Notes: generated by a model not told the origin, from the sequence alone. A stretch of 64,000 nucleotides of DNA from Candidatus Harrisonbacteria bacterium (GCA_016867415.1 VGJO01000002.1:118472-182471); one strand, 5' to 3'. Positions 26,417 to 35,882 are shown, numbered from the stretch's first letter. Numbers and translations are program-made.

Positions 26417-26553
26417 ATCCAGCACAGATGTAAGTGAAGTAATTTTGGAGGATTTTTCGATTTTCTTTTCGAGCAGGCATCGGAGCATACTGCGGGAAGT
26501 ATGTGAGAAGCCAGCGCATAAAAAAAATCGAAAAAGACCCAAAAGTACAAGCG
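26417..26553 (+). repeat. Family A intergenic repeat, copy R4 (abuts nusG stop codon)
   Basis: aagtgaagtaattttggaggatttttcgattttcttttcgagcaggcatcggagcatactgcgggaagtatgtgagaagccagcgcataaaaaaaatcgaaaaagacccaaaagtacaagcg; nusG stop 26554-26556. Confidence 0.8.
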
Positions 26554-27135
26554 TTAAACCTTTTGGACTTGGAGGGAGTCCAGCTCTAAATCCGTTTCCC
26601 GTCCGAAAATCTGCACCGCCACCTTCACTCTTCCTCTCTCCTTATCCACTCCCATCACCTTGCCATCATAATCCTTAAAGGGACCATCAATAATCTTCAC
26701 TAAATCATTCTCATTAAGATCAATGGTAAATTCCTGATCTTCCCTTCCCATTCGCGCAAGCAGGGCATCTACCTCGTGCTTGGAAAGTGGTACAGGTCGA
26801 GTCGTCTCCGGTCCTACAAAGCGAGTCACTCTCGGCGTATTCCGTACCACGTACCAAGTATCTTCATTCATGATCATGTCCACCAAGACATATCCTGGAT
26901 AAATTTTCTCTTCAATCACTCGCCGCTTACCATTCTTCACTTTGATTTTTTTCTCCTTTGGCACTACTACGGAAAAAATCCGATCTTCCATGGAAAGAGA
27001 TCCTACCCGCTGATCAAGATAACGCTTCACCGCATCTTCATAGCCAGAGTAAGTATGCACTGCATACCAATGTCGCTCACCCGAAAGCTTCCCTCCCTCG
27101 ACTATATTTCCTCCCTTCTCTTTATTGTCTTCCAT
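26554..27135 (-). CDS. nusG: Transcription termination/antitermination factor NusG
   Basis: 193 aa; NGN domain HWYAVHTYSGYEDAV; KOW motif near C-terminus; secE-nusG-rplK synteny. Confidence 0.9.
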   Translation of the reverse strand: MEDNKEKGGNIVEGGKLSGERHWYAVHTYSGYEDAVKRYLDQRVGSLSMEDRIFSVVVPKEKKIKVKNGKRRVIEEKIYPGYVLVDMIMNEDTWYVVRNTPRVTRFVGPETTRPVPLSKHEVDALLARMGREDQEFTIDLNENDLVKIIDGPFKDYDGKVMGVDKERGRVKVAVQIFGRETDLELDSLQVQKV

Positions 27136-27144
27136 AATTCAAAT

Positions 27145-27336
27145 CTATAAGATATTAAATAAGTTCTGTAATCCGGAGAGAAATGCGAAATCAAAAACTC
27201 CCAAAAGTATCGCCATCACGAGCGAAAACCCAATCACAGTAATAGTCATTTGAATTGTCTCTTGTGCATCCGGCCACTGAATCCGAGAAAATTCCCCCAT
27301 TGATTCGGTCAAAAATCTTTGCAACTGCGCAAACAT
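27145..27336 (-). CDS. secE: Preprotein translocase subunit SecE
   Basis: 63 aa; single TM helix ITVIGFSLVMAILLGVFDFAF; position immediately upstream of nusG. Confidence 0.75.
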   Translation of the reverse strand: MFAQLQRFLTESMGEFSRIQWPDAQETIQMTITVIGFSLVMAILLGVFDFAFLSGLQNLFNIL

Positions 27337-27363
27337 GATAAATAAAATGTAATATAGGAATCG

Positions 27364-29292
27364 TTATATGTCAAGATTAGTCACCGAAATAGCGTGGGTC
27401 TGAATAAAATGTTTTCGAGGCTCCACCACACTTCCCATGAGGATATCAAAGAGTTTATTTGCCTCCTCCGCATCCTCCATCATCACCTGTTTCAATATTC
27501 GATTTCGTGGATCAAGAGTGGTTTCTCTAAGTTGATCCGGATTCATTTCTCCAAGACCCTTATAGCGTTGAATAGAAATTCCTCTTAGACCCCCTTCTGG
27601 GTCAATTCTTTTAAGCAAGGCTTCTTTCTCTGCGTCCGAATAGACATAATGAGTCTCCTTGCCTTTTTTAATGTTATACAAGGGCGGCTGAGCAATATAG
27701 ACATATCCGTTTCTTAGCACCTCTGGGAAATACCGATAAAAAAGTGTGAGAAGAAGAGTACGGATATGTGATCCATCTACATCCGCATCAGTCATGATTA
27801 CAACCTTATGATAGCGAAGCTTGGTAAGATCAAATTCCTCGGCAATTGCCGTCCCCAGTGCTACAACCAACGACCGGATCTCAGCGTTTGCAAGCATCTT
27901 ATCCACGCGTGCTTTTTCTACGTTTAAAATCTTACCTTTTAGCGGCAAGATTGCCTGCGTTCGACGATCCCGACCCATGCGTGATGATCCACCGGCCGAG
28001 TCTCCCTCTACGATAAAGAGCTCACTCTCCTCCGGCTTTCGGCTGGTGCAATCAGCTAATTTTCCCGGTAAAGACAAACCCTCTAAGACTCCTTTGCGCA
28101 AAATAGTCTCCTTGGCCGCTTTTGCCGCCTTGCGCGCCTTAGCCGCCAGCATACACTTCTCGATCATCCGCTTAGCATCTGCTCCATTCCGCTCCAAGAA
28201 ATCCTTAAGCGCCTCGGCCACTACCGACTCGACCGCCGTTCTCGCTTCTGTACTCCCCAGTTTTCCCTTGGTCTGACCCTCAAACTGCGGCTCCGGCATC
28301 TTGATAGAGACAATCGCTACCAATCCCTCTCTCACATCATCTCCGGTAAGATTATCCTTCGTATCCTTAATATACCCTCCTTGCTTACCGAAATCATTGA
28401 TCACTCGAGTGAGCGCCGAACGGAAACCAGTAAGGTGTGTCCCACCATCCATCGTATAAATATTATTTACAAAAGAAAGCTCCTTCGTCTCAAGTTCATT
28501 GGCATACACCATCGCCACTTCGACAAACATGCTTTGCCACGCCTTCTCTACATAAAACATTTCCTGTTGCAACGGAGCTTCTTCCTCGGAGATATGTCGA
28601 ATAAATGATTTAATTCCGTTTTCAAAATAAAATCCGTGATAATCTCCTTGAGGATTAGTCCGATAATCAATTACTTCAATCGTAATCCCTTTGGTAAGAT
28701 AGGCCTGCTGGCGCAAGTGATCCAAGATTTTTTTCAACGAAAATTCCGTCGTCTGAAAAATAGTGTCATCCGCCCAAAAAGCAATCTTTGTCCCCTGCTT
28801 TTCCGTCTTCCCCACTTTCTTTACCGCGCCCTGAGAATCTCCTCGCTTAAATTCTTGTCGATGAATATTCCCATCCCGATAGACCTCGGCTACCAATTTG
28901 TTTGACAAGGCATTCACGACCGACGCGCCCACGCCATGCAAGCCACCAGATACTTTATATCCCCCACCGCCAAACTTGCCTCCCGCATGAAGAATAGTAA
29001 GCACCGTCTCAAGTGTTGAAAGTCCCGTCTGTGGATGCTTCTCAACTGGGATTCCTCGCCCGTCATCCTCTACCGCCACTCCGCCATCAGCCAAAAGTTC
29101 CACCCGGACCTTCGTGGCATGTCCGGCCAAAGCTTCGTCAACCGAGTTGTCCACGATCTCCCAGATCATGTGGTGCAGTCCCTCCGGCCCCGTTGAGCCA
29201 ATATACATACCCGGCCGCTTCCGGACCGGCTCAAGACCCTCAAGTACTTGAATACTTTCCGCCGAATACTGCTCTTTCTTGTTCTCCGCCAT
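27364..29292 (-). CDS. gyrB: DNA gyrase subunit B (type IIA topoisomerase ATPase subunit)
   Basis: 642 aa; GHKL ATPase N-terminus VRKRPGMYIGSTG...HHMIWEIVDNSVDEALAG; TOPRIM EGDSAGG; C-terminal tail. Confidence 0.88.
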   Translation of the reverse strand: MAENKKEQYSAESIQVLEGLEPVRKRPGMYIGSTGPEGLHHMIWEIVDNSVDEALAGHATKVRVELLADGGVAVEDDGRGIPVEKHPQTGLSTLETVLTILHAGGKFGGGGYKVSGGLHGVGASVVNALSNKLVAEVYRDGNIHRQEFKRGDSQGAVKKVGKTEKQGTKIAFWADDTIFQTTEFSLKKILDHLRQQAYLTKGITIEVIDYRTNPQGDYHGFYFENGIKSFIRHISEEEAPLQQEMFYVEKAWQSMFVEVAMVYANELETKELSFVNNIYTMDGGTHLTGFRSALTRVINDFGKQGGYIKDTKDNLTGDDVREGLVAIVSIKMPEPQFEGQTKGKLGSTEARTAVESVVAEALKDFLERNGADAKRMIEKCMLAAKARKAAKAAKETILRKGVLEGLSLPGKLADCTSRKPEESELFIVEGDSAGGSSRMGRDRRTQAILPLKGKILNVEKARVDKMLANAEIRSLVVALGTAIAEEFDLTKLRYHKVVIMTDADVDGSHIRTLLLTLFYRYFPEVLRNGYVYIAQPPLYNIKKGKETHYVYSDAEKEALLKRIDPEGGLRGISIQRYKGLGEMNPDQLRETTLDPRNRILKQVMMEDAEEANKLFDILMGSVVEPRKHFIQTHAISVTNLDI

Positions 29293-29417
29293 AGATATAA
29301 ATAAGTAACTTAATTATAGCAAAAAAAAGAAGGCTCCACCACCCCCTTTTATTCTCTAAAAAACACTCATTCTAACCAGCGTAAGTAAAGTATTTTTGCT
29401 TTGTCCGCCGTAGCCTC

Positions 29418-29517
29418 TGGCGAAGGAGGAGAATTTTTCGATTTTCTTTCAAAAAAGCCAGGGTAAAGCGGAGAGAACGTGATAGTTTGTACTCAAACTA
29501 TCACGTTCTACAAGCGC
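29418..29517 (+). repeat. Family A variant, copy R5 (alternative central palindrome)
   Basis: ggaggagaatttttcgattttctttc shared with family A; central perfect palindrome gaacgtgatagttt-gtactc-aaactatcacgttc; ends ctacaagcgc 8 nt before the stop of 29526..29873. Confidence 0.5.
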
Positions 29518-29525
29518 TTTTCCTT

Positions 29526-29873
29526 TTACATTTGGCAAGCCAAAAAAGCGCACTGTCTATCACTCGTCACGCCTTTAATCTTATTCCCCCCATTATCAAA
29601 ACACCCAAGGTCCGGCTCCACTCCCGTCGCTACATTTTTATTTCCCCAACCAAACGCTCGAGTCGGATTATTATCACACTCTCGCACAATAAGCGTCTTC
29701 TGATCCAATCCTTCTGAAGCCTGTACTCGCTTCTCCTCCGAATCACTGAAATACACCTGAGTATAAATAATATAAAGACCTACCGCCACCAAAAACAAAA
29801 ACCAAAAATCTCTCCGGTGGGAAGAAAAAAACGACCCTTTATTACCCTTATCGCTTCCTTTTTTCTTTTTCAT
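29526..29873 (-). CDS. Small membrane-anchored hypothetical protein
   Basis: 115 aa; KKKKGSDKGNKG then TM WFLFLVAVGLYIIY; 4 Cys in C-terminal part. Confidence 0.45.
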   Translation of the reverse strand: MKKKKGSDKGNKGSFFSSHRRDFWFLFLVAVGLYIIYTQVYFSDSEEKRVQASEGLDQKTLIVRECDNNPTRAFGWGNKNVATGVEPDLGCFDNGGNKIKGVTSDRQCAFLACQM

Positions 29874-29933
29874 ATCCTAAGTATAAAACAAAGAGAAAAG
29901 AAAAACTGGGGATAAGTACTTCTATATAAAAAT

Positions 29934-31853
29934 CTAAAAAATTTCTACTCCATTCTTTGAAAGAGACTGGATGATATCCGACATTCTCCCGTCCACTTCT
30001 TCATTAGTAAGAGTTTTCTCCTTGCTCTGAAAATACATTCTATAAGTAAAAATACTCTTACCTTCCTTCTTATATTCATCTCTTTGATAAAAATCAGAGA
30101 GAAGCTCTCTCCCCGCTTTTATCATCTCTGACTCTAATTCTCCAAAAGAAACTTCCCTGGAAAGGGAAAAAGAAATATCTCGAAAAGTTACCGGGTACAC
30201 TGACTCCGCCTCATATTTCTTTTCGAAAGAAATGAAAGATAAAAGCCTCGTAAGACTAATTTCTCCGTATGCCACTCCTTCTGCATGCCCGACTACCCCT
30301 ACCACCTTCCCCTGCAAAGAGAGGAAAAGCTTATCATCTTTTTGTTCTTCTATAAGAGAAGAGGGAGAAATGTTTTTTATAATAGCTTGAAGTACTCCTT
30401 TCACTTCTCGAATTCCTTCTCGTTCGCGGGAGGAAGAGAAAAAAGTCGCCACAGTCTCCTCCTTCACTTTTCCTATATTTTTCACATACACATTTCCAAT
30501 TTCAAACATTCTCACTTGAGAAAAATCCTTCGCCGCTCTCTTTACCACCTCTTTCCCGAGAGTGATCAAAGTTTTTCTCCCACGCGCATACAAAGCCGCC
30601 GTCGGATTTTCTATTTTCACAGCTTCTCCCTCATCCCCTATCACTCCCCAATTCCCAGTCTCTTCCGCTTCTCGCTCTGAAACAAAGCTATGCGTCTTGA
30701 TCTCTTGATACGAAGTAGCGATTAATCGTTCTCGCACTACTCTTTCAAGCATATGAAGCCCCTCCTCTTCATTAGAAAATAAATAAACCTGTGGCGAAAT
30801 AAGAGAAAAGTTATTATATCCATAGATTCGCCCCACTTCCTCCGCCACGTCTTCAATCGTCTCAATATCTGTCCGAACACTCGGAACAATAATTTGTTTT
30901 CCGGAAAATCCGAATCCTGCATCCTGAAGAATCTTTTTCATTTCTTTGGGTGTAATCTCTACCCCTAAAATTTCCAAAATTCGATCCGGATCAAAAACTA
31001 TTTTCTTCGCTAATGCTTTTTTCGGATATGCATCAAAAGTCTTTCCAAGTTTTGCTCCTGTGATTTTGATAAGAAGATTAATCGCCATCTCCATACCCGC
31101 CCCTACAAGCTCAGCAGATAAGCCATGAGCAAATCGTGAAGAAGCATCCGTAATCACTCCCACTCGTCGGGCTGTTTCCCGCACCGTCGTCCCATCAAAA
31201 TTAGCCGCGGTAAGAACAATATCTTCAGTCTCTGCATTAATCTCTGCCCGCTCCCCGCCCTTAATTCCAGCAAGATCAAGCGCGCCTCTTGTATCAGCAA
31301 GCATTAATTCTCCTTTTTGGAAAAAAATTTGCTCTCCAGTGAGAAGCTTCACTTCTTCTCCTTGTTTCGCCTCTCGCACCACAATCTGTTTACCCTCCAT
31401 TTTTTGAAAATCAAAAGCATGCAAGGGCTGTCCAGTCATAAGCGTCACATAATTAGTAACATCGACCACATTATTAATCGGCCGCATCCCTGAGTGCAGT
31501 AAGACGTCCTGAAGCCACTTCGGCGAAGGACTAATCCTCACTCCTTCCATATACACAGTCATACACCGAGCGCACTTTTTAGTCTGAATAACGGCTTTAA
31601 CAGATCCCTTTTTTACTACTCGGACTTTCGTAAGCTTTTTCTCTTTCCAGCGCTTTCCGGCCGCCGCGTAAAGTTCTCGAGTAAGACCAAGATACGAAGC
31701 CGCATCATATCGATTAGGCAAAATCTTAATATCAATCGTATCTCCTACAATATCCTCCACTTCAAATAAATGTGTGGTCAGCCGCTCGCGTACATCTTCC
31801 GCCGATTTTACAAACGGCGCCATCTCTCTAATTTTTTGTATTGAAAATTTCAT
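29934..31853 (-). CDS. pheT: Phenylalanyl-tRNA synthetase beta subunit (short form)
   Basis: 639 aa; B3/B4 and B5 domains, catalytic-like core and C-terminal FDX-ACB domain (TYRMYFQSKEKTLTNEEVD); follows pheS. Confidence 0.85.
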   Translation of the reverse strand: MKFSIQKIREMAPFVKSAEDVRERLTTHLFEVEDIVGDTIDIKILPNRYDAASYLGLTRELYAAAGKRWKEKKLTKVRVVKKGSVKAVIQTKKCARCMTVYMEGVRISPSPKWLQDVLLHSGMRPINNVVDVTNYVTLMTGQPLHAFDFQKMEGKQIVVREAKQGEEVKLLTGEQIFFQKGELMLADTRGALDLAGIKGGERAEINAETEDIVLTAANFDGTTVRETARRVGVITDASSRFAHGLSAELVGAGMEMAINLLIKITGAKLGKTFDAYPKKALAKKIVFDPDRILEILGVEITPKEMKKILQDAGFGFSGKQIIVPSVRTDIETIEDVAEEVGRIYGYNNFSLISPQVYLFSNEEEGLHMLERVVRERLIATSYQEIKTHSFVSEREAEETGNWGVIGDEGEAVKIENPTAALYARGRKTLITLGKEVVKRAAKDFSQVRMFEIGNVYVKNIGKVKEETVATFFSSSREREGIREVKGVLQAIIKNISPSSLIEEQKDDKLFLSLQGKVVGVVGHAEGVAYGEISLTRLLSFISFEKKYEAESVYPVTFRDISFSLSREVSFGELESEMIKAGRELLSDFYQRDEYKKEGKSIFTYRMYFQSKEKTLTNEEVDGRMSDIIQSLSKNGVEIF

Positions 31854-31857
31854 AAGC

Positions 31858-32853
31858 TTACTTTAGTCGCATTTCTCCGCCAAATTGCTGGAGAAATTTC
31901 ATATCATTCTGATAGAAAAAACGAATATCCGGCACTCCATATTTCACCATCGCCAAACGCTCTACCCCAAGACCAAAAGCGAATCCCGAAATTCCTTTTG
32001 GATACTTCACTGCCTGGAATACTTTAGGATGCACTAGTCCCGCCCCGCCCATCTCAAGCCATCCCTTCCCCGGCAAATACACATCCACCTCAATCCCCGG
32101 CTCCACAAAAGGAAAATAACTCGGGCGAAATCTCGTCTTTATTTTTTGCCCGGAAAAAAATCGCTTAAAGAAAGCATCGAGAGTATAAAGGAGATTAGCC
32201 ATGCTCACTTTTTCTCCTACGAGCAGTCCCTCGGCCTGATGAAAATTAATTTCATGGGAAAAATCCGTCGCTTCATGACGAAATACCCGACCCACGGAAA
32301 TTATTTGAAACGGCGGCTCATTTTTTTCCATATAGCGAATTTGCACCGCCGAAGTCTGCGTCCGCATCAGTCTCCCCTCCTCCCGAGGCGCTACAAAAAG
32401 CGTATCCCACATTTCCCGTGCCGGATGATCCGCTGGAATATTAAGCGCGTCAAAATTATATCGTTCCGTTTCTATCTCCGGCCCCGCCACGGACAAAAAT
32501 CCAAATCCTTCAAAAATCCGTTCAATTTCCCGAATAGTCGTCGTAAGAAGATGCTCTCCTCCAGTCGGTACAGTTTTTCCCCGTCCGGTTAAGTCTAATA
32601 ATTCATCTTTAGCAAAATTCTTTTCCTGAATGGAAAGTAAACTTTCCACGGTGACTCGTAATTGCTGAAGAATTGGACCAACATCTCTCTTCTGATCGAC
32701 TGACAAACCTGGCAATCGTTTCATAAGCTCCGTAATCTTTCCCTCTTTCCGTCCCAGATAAAAAATTCGCGCTTGAGAAAGCTCTTCCGCTGTCTGAGCC
32801 GCCAAAATCCTTTCCTCCGCCTCCTTCAAGAGAGCTTCAACTTCCTCTTTCAT
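31858..32853 (-). CDS. pheS: Phenylalanyl-tRNA synthetase alpha subunit
   Basis: 331 aa; class II motifs FDALNIPADHPAR, RTQTSAVQIR, FRPSYFPFVEPG. Confidence 0.92.
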   Translation of the reverse strand: MKEEVEALLKEAEERILAAQTAEELSQARIFYLGRKEGKITELMKRLPGLSVDQKRDVGPILQQLRVTVESLLSIQEKNFAKDELLDLTGRGKTVPTGGEHLLTTTIREIERIFEGFGFLSVAGPEIETERYNFDALNIPADHPAREMWDTLFVAPREEGRLMRTQTSAVQIRYMEKNEPPFQIISVGRVFRHEATDFSHEINFHQAEGLLVGEKVSMANLLYTLDAFFKRFFSGQKIKTRFRPSYFPFVEPGIEVDVYLPGKGWLEMGGAGLVHPKVFQAVKYPKGISGFAFGLGVERLAMVKYGVPDIRFFYQNDMKFLQQFGGEMRLK

Positions 32854-33079
32854 AAGTAATAAAAAGATACCTTACTAACCAACAATTTTCAAAAAACATA
32901 ATAGTTGGTAAAAAATAATATTCGCTTAAAAGCGTAGAATTTTTTGTCCAGAGCTAAGAAGAAACGAGAATTAGGAGAAAGCATACGTAATCTGTATACC
33001 GTAGGTGCTAAGTAATCTCGGCATAAGACGACTAAACGGAATTTTAAAACCGCTCTGAACAAAAAAACAGCGAAAGCAT

Positions 33080-33113
33080 ATAAAAATCCCCCTGAGATAT
33101 TTCACTCAGGGGG
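33080..33113 (-). terminator. Rho-independent terminator after 33137..34039
   Basis: ccccctgag-atatttca-ctcaggggg with T-rich run downstream on minus strand. Confidence 0.5.
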
Positions 33114-33136
33114 CGGGACTTTCAAAATCCTCAGGT

Positions 33137-34039
33137 TCAGTGATTGTTTAAGATCTGGCTCGGCGTCTTCCCTTGGAAGGAAGACCGGGTCCGCGCCGTC
33201 GAGACTTTCATCTGCGGTTGTTGATACCGCATCTGAGGTTGCACAGTTCGCGGCGCCTGAGAGCCAACAGGGATTACCACCGCGCCCGCCAAGAATCGAT
33301 CTCGTTCTTCTCGAGAGACTTCGGTGCGAACACCGTTTCGCTCAATGAAGAACCGATCCTTACGAACCACCGCCACTTGATCACTCGAGCTTGGCTTCCG
33401 ACCCGGATACGGGCTAAAGGTCGGTTTCGCTTCCGGTTCTTGAACCTTCGGCGTCGAAAGCTTCGGTTGCTTCGGCGTGAGCTGAAGCTCCTGCACCGGC
33501 GGCTCCTCTTCACTGTCGAAGTTGAGCTCGAGTTCCTGCGAAGGCACGGACGGCGAAGCTACTGGTGCCTTCGCCTGCTGACTCTTCGATGCATTCGGCG
33601 GGGCTTGTCGCGTCACCTCCGGCGGTTCTTGCGAACCGCCATTAGTACCCGAAGCCTTCGACGCATTCTTCTGATCAAGGAGCTGTTTGATTCCAGCCAG
33701 CTCATCTGGATTGAGATCCCGAAGCAGAAGTGCTGCGGCCGATGATTGACCTTCTTGGATGAAGATCATATCGTGACTGGTGCCAGCCAGTTGCCGCTTG
33801 ATGGCAACCTTGATCTGATCCTCGAGCGGCAGTGCTTTGAACGCTTCCTCTGCCTTCCGCTGATCAGACTGCAAGACCGAGTCTTGACCTTCGCGCCGAC
33901 CCTGATTCAGAGCCTTTTCGCGAGCCGTCGCGACCGCCTCATCGACAGTCTTCTGGACATTCGGAGAGACGCAGTAAGCGATGATCGCCACAAGCACTCC
34001 GCCGAAAAAAACACCAACGAATTGCCAAAAATTCTTCAC
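33137..34039 (-). CDS. Membrane-anchored low-complexity (Pro/Gln/Ser/Glu-rich) hypothetical protein
   Basis: 300 aa; N-terminal TM FWQFVGVFFGGVLVAIIAYCV; long disordered-looking tail. Confidence 0.5.
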   Translation of the reverse strand: MKNFWQFVGVFFGGVLVAIIAYCVSPNVQKTVDEAVATAREKALNQGRREGQDSVLQSDQRKAEEAFKALPLEDQIKVAIKRQLAGTSHDMIFIQEGQSSAAALLLRDLNPDELAGIKQLLDQKNASKASGTNGGSQEPPEVTRQAPPNASKSQQAKAPVASPSVPSQELELNFDSEEEPPVQELQLTPKQPKLSTPKVQEPEAKPTFSPYPGRKPSSSDQVAVVRKDRFFIERNGVRTEVSREERDRFLAGAVVIPVGSQAPRTVQPQMRYQQPQMKVSTARTRSSFQGKTPSQILNNH

Positions 34040-34251
34040 AGGGCACCTACTTTCGTTTTGAGGGAGTTTTTAAACTTCATTCATAGGGTTACTAAACATT
34101 CACCCTTTCTCTTATATTATAGCATACTAAATACACCAATGTCAATATATAGCCCAAAAACTATTAATAAAACCTGTAAAATAAGGATAATTTACAATTT
34201 TAATTGTGCGTAAACAGTCTATTTGTAAAAAATCTAATCCCAAGGGCCGCC

Positions 34252-34299
34252 TAGAAAATAAAACCGCTTTTTCTATAAAAAAGCGGATTTATTTTCTTT
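34252..34299. terminator. Bidirectional terminator-like hairpin downstream of tRNA-Met
   Basis: aaaccgcttttt-ctat-aaaaagcggattt flanked by A/T runs on both sides. Confidence 0.45.
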
Positions 34300-34305
34300 T
34301 CGGGG

Positions 34306-34444
34306 TGGCTGGGGTGGGGAGTCTTACTACTCGAAACTTTTCTCATAAAGAAAAGTTTCTGCGTCCGTAAACCCCTCGGTTTACGATATCCGCCACGGAA
34401 AACTTCCGTTTCCCGACCCCTTCCCCTTCGACCCCCACCCCAGC
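34306..34444. repeat. Duplicated copies of the tRNA-Met 3' end (direct 14-nt copy at 34306-34319; 18-nt perfect inverted copy at 34428-34444)
   Basis: tggctggggtgggg (34306) repeats tRNA 3' segment at 34465; ttcgacccccaccccagc (34428-34444) is the exact reverse complement of gctggggtgggggtcgaa in the tRNA. Confidence 0.7.
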
Positions 34445-34464
34445 ATAAAAAAGCAAGCTTTTTG

Positions 34465-34538
34465 TGGCTGGGGTGGGGGTCGAACCCACGACCTAGGGGT
34501 TATGATTCCCTCGCTCTAACCAACTGAGCTACCCAGCC
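34465..34538 (-). tRNA. tRNA-Met or tRNA-Ile2 (anticodon CAT), elongator type
   Basis: Cloverleaf resembling elongator tRNA-Met: GGCUGGG acceptor, GCUCAGUUGGUUAGAGC D arm, loop AUCAUAA, T arm GUGGG-UUCGACC-CCCAC. Confidence 0.75.
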
Positions 34539-34669
34539 TACTTCTACAGAGAATGTAAAGCTCATAATAGCTTATTTTCCGGCACTTTAAAAGATGTAAT
34601 CATTTTTCTTTACGTGACTACCTTAGCGTTTATACCTCCTATTCCGGAAAAGTAAAACGTATCCTTATT

Positions 34670-34812
34670 GCGACCTTCTGCAGAAAAGAAGCTTGGCTTT
34701 TTTGTGATATGCTTTTGTCTAGTTTTCTATCCTCAAAGGCATACCACAAAAAATTCTTTTCGAAGCCTGAATGAGAGCTCGCAGGAGCTTTCATGTGTCG
34801 TAATAAGGATAT
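34670..34812 (+). repeat. Family B repeat, 3' module copy B4
   Basis: gaccttctgcagaaaag...ttttttgtgatatgcttttg...cataccacaaaaaattcttttcgaagcctgaatgagagctcgcaggagctttcatgtgtc. Confidence 0.6.
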
Positions 34813-34835
34813 TTTTTACTTTTCCCCTCCCTTTG

Positions 34836-34907
34836 TTGCCGGGGTCGGATTTGAACCGACGACCTTCGGATTATGAGCCCGACGAGCTACCACTGCTCCA
34901 CCCGGCG
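34836..34907 (-). tRNA. Initiator tRNA-fMet (anticodon CAT)
   Basis: Near-identical to canonical bacterial initiator: CGCCGGGUGGAGCAGUGGUAGCUCGUCGGGCUCAUAAUCCGAAGGUCGUCGGUUCAAAUCCGACCCCGGCAA with C1xA72 mismatch and three G-C pairs in the anticodon stem. Confidence 0.85.
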
Positions 34908-34958
34908 ATACTGAAAATTAACCTCCTAATTATATAAAGTTTTTAGAAAAAAGACAAG

Positions 34959-35663
34959 CTAAGCAAAAGCAATAATATCAGCAATTTCTCCTCTCAATGA
35001 TGCTCCCCCCACTAAAGTACCCTCAATAACACTTTCCTTTAAAAAATCTTCGGCATTGTTTTTGTCCACCGAACCTCCATACAAAAATTTCACTTTCGTA
35101 AAGTCTTTTTTTTCAACAACTTCCCGTAATCCTTCAATCACCTTTACTGCTCTTTCGGGCACATCCGCCTCCGCCCCAGCATTCGTCGAAATCGCCCACC
35201 ATGGCTCATACGCCACATGCATCTCCTTCTCCTCCAATCCCCGCAATTCAAAAAGTACTCGCTCTAAACTTTCTCTCACTATTCTTTCTCCCCCTCCCTT
35301 TTCCTTCTCCCCCACACAGATAATCGGCACCATCCCGGAAAAGATTACCGCTCGCGCCTTCTCCCCTACTTCTCTATCCGTCTCCCCCAAACGCCGCCGC
35401 TCACTATGCCCGATAATAATCGCTTTCACGCCAAGATCCTTAAGTTCCGTAGCGGTCACCTGTCCTGTCTGCCCCCCAGGCCTCGGAAGCGCTACGTCCT
35501 GTGCCGCCAAACTCGCCTTCTCTAAGGTCTCCCTCACCGCCTCAAGATACACAAACGGCGGCGCCACAAAGACAAATGGAAAATCACACTCCTTCGCGAG
35601 CCGTACTGCCTCCCGTCTTGTCCCAGGATTCGCCTTCCAATTCGCCACAATCACCTTCCCCAT
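34959..35663 (-). CDS. tpiA: Triosephosphate isomerase
   Basis: 234 aa; ANWKAN, IIGHSERR, VGEKEKGG-like and FLYGGSV motifs. Confidence 0.9.
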   Translation of the reverse strand: MGKVIVANWKANPGTRREAVRLAKECDFPFVFVAPPFVYLEAVRETLEKASLAAQDVALPRPGGQTGQVTATELKDLGVKAIIIGHSERRRLGETDREVGEKARAVIFSGMVPIICVGEKEKGGGERIVRESLERVLFELRGLEEKEMHVAYEPWWAISTNAGAEADVPERAVKVIEGLREVVEKKDFTKVKFLYGGSVDKNNAEDFLKESVIEGTLVGGASLRGEIADIIAFA

Positions 35664-35747
35664 ATTCCTTCCATCATTATATCACTTCAAAAAATCTTCC
35701 AGATTTTAAAAAATCATTTCCTCAGATTTTACAGATTAAATAAATAT

Positions 35748-35882
35748 CCTCAGTTCCATGAAGTAATTTTGAATAAAGTTTCGCGATTCTTTCCGAAGAG
35801 CCAAGGAAGCACTACTAAGAGCTGAGTATGTGAAGAGGTGCCATAGAAAAAACCGCGAAAATTCTCCAAAAGTACGAGCGCC
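35748..35882 (+). repeat. Family A intergenic repeat, copy R6 (abuts mrdA stop codon)
   Basis: gaagtaattttgaataaagtttcgcgattctttccgaag...ctgagtatgtgaag...gaaaaaaccgcgaaaattctccaaaagtacgagcgcc; mrdA stop 35883-35885. Confidence 0.75.

Noticed and set aside
34668-34937. 89-aa plus-strand ORF
   Set aside because: Overlaps a family B repeat copy and the initiator tRNA gene on the opposite strand; no coding signal.
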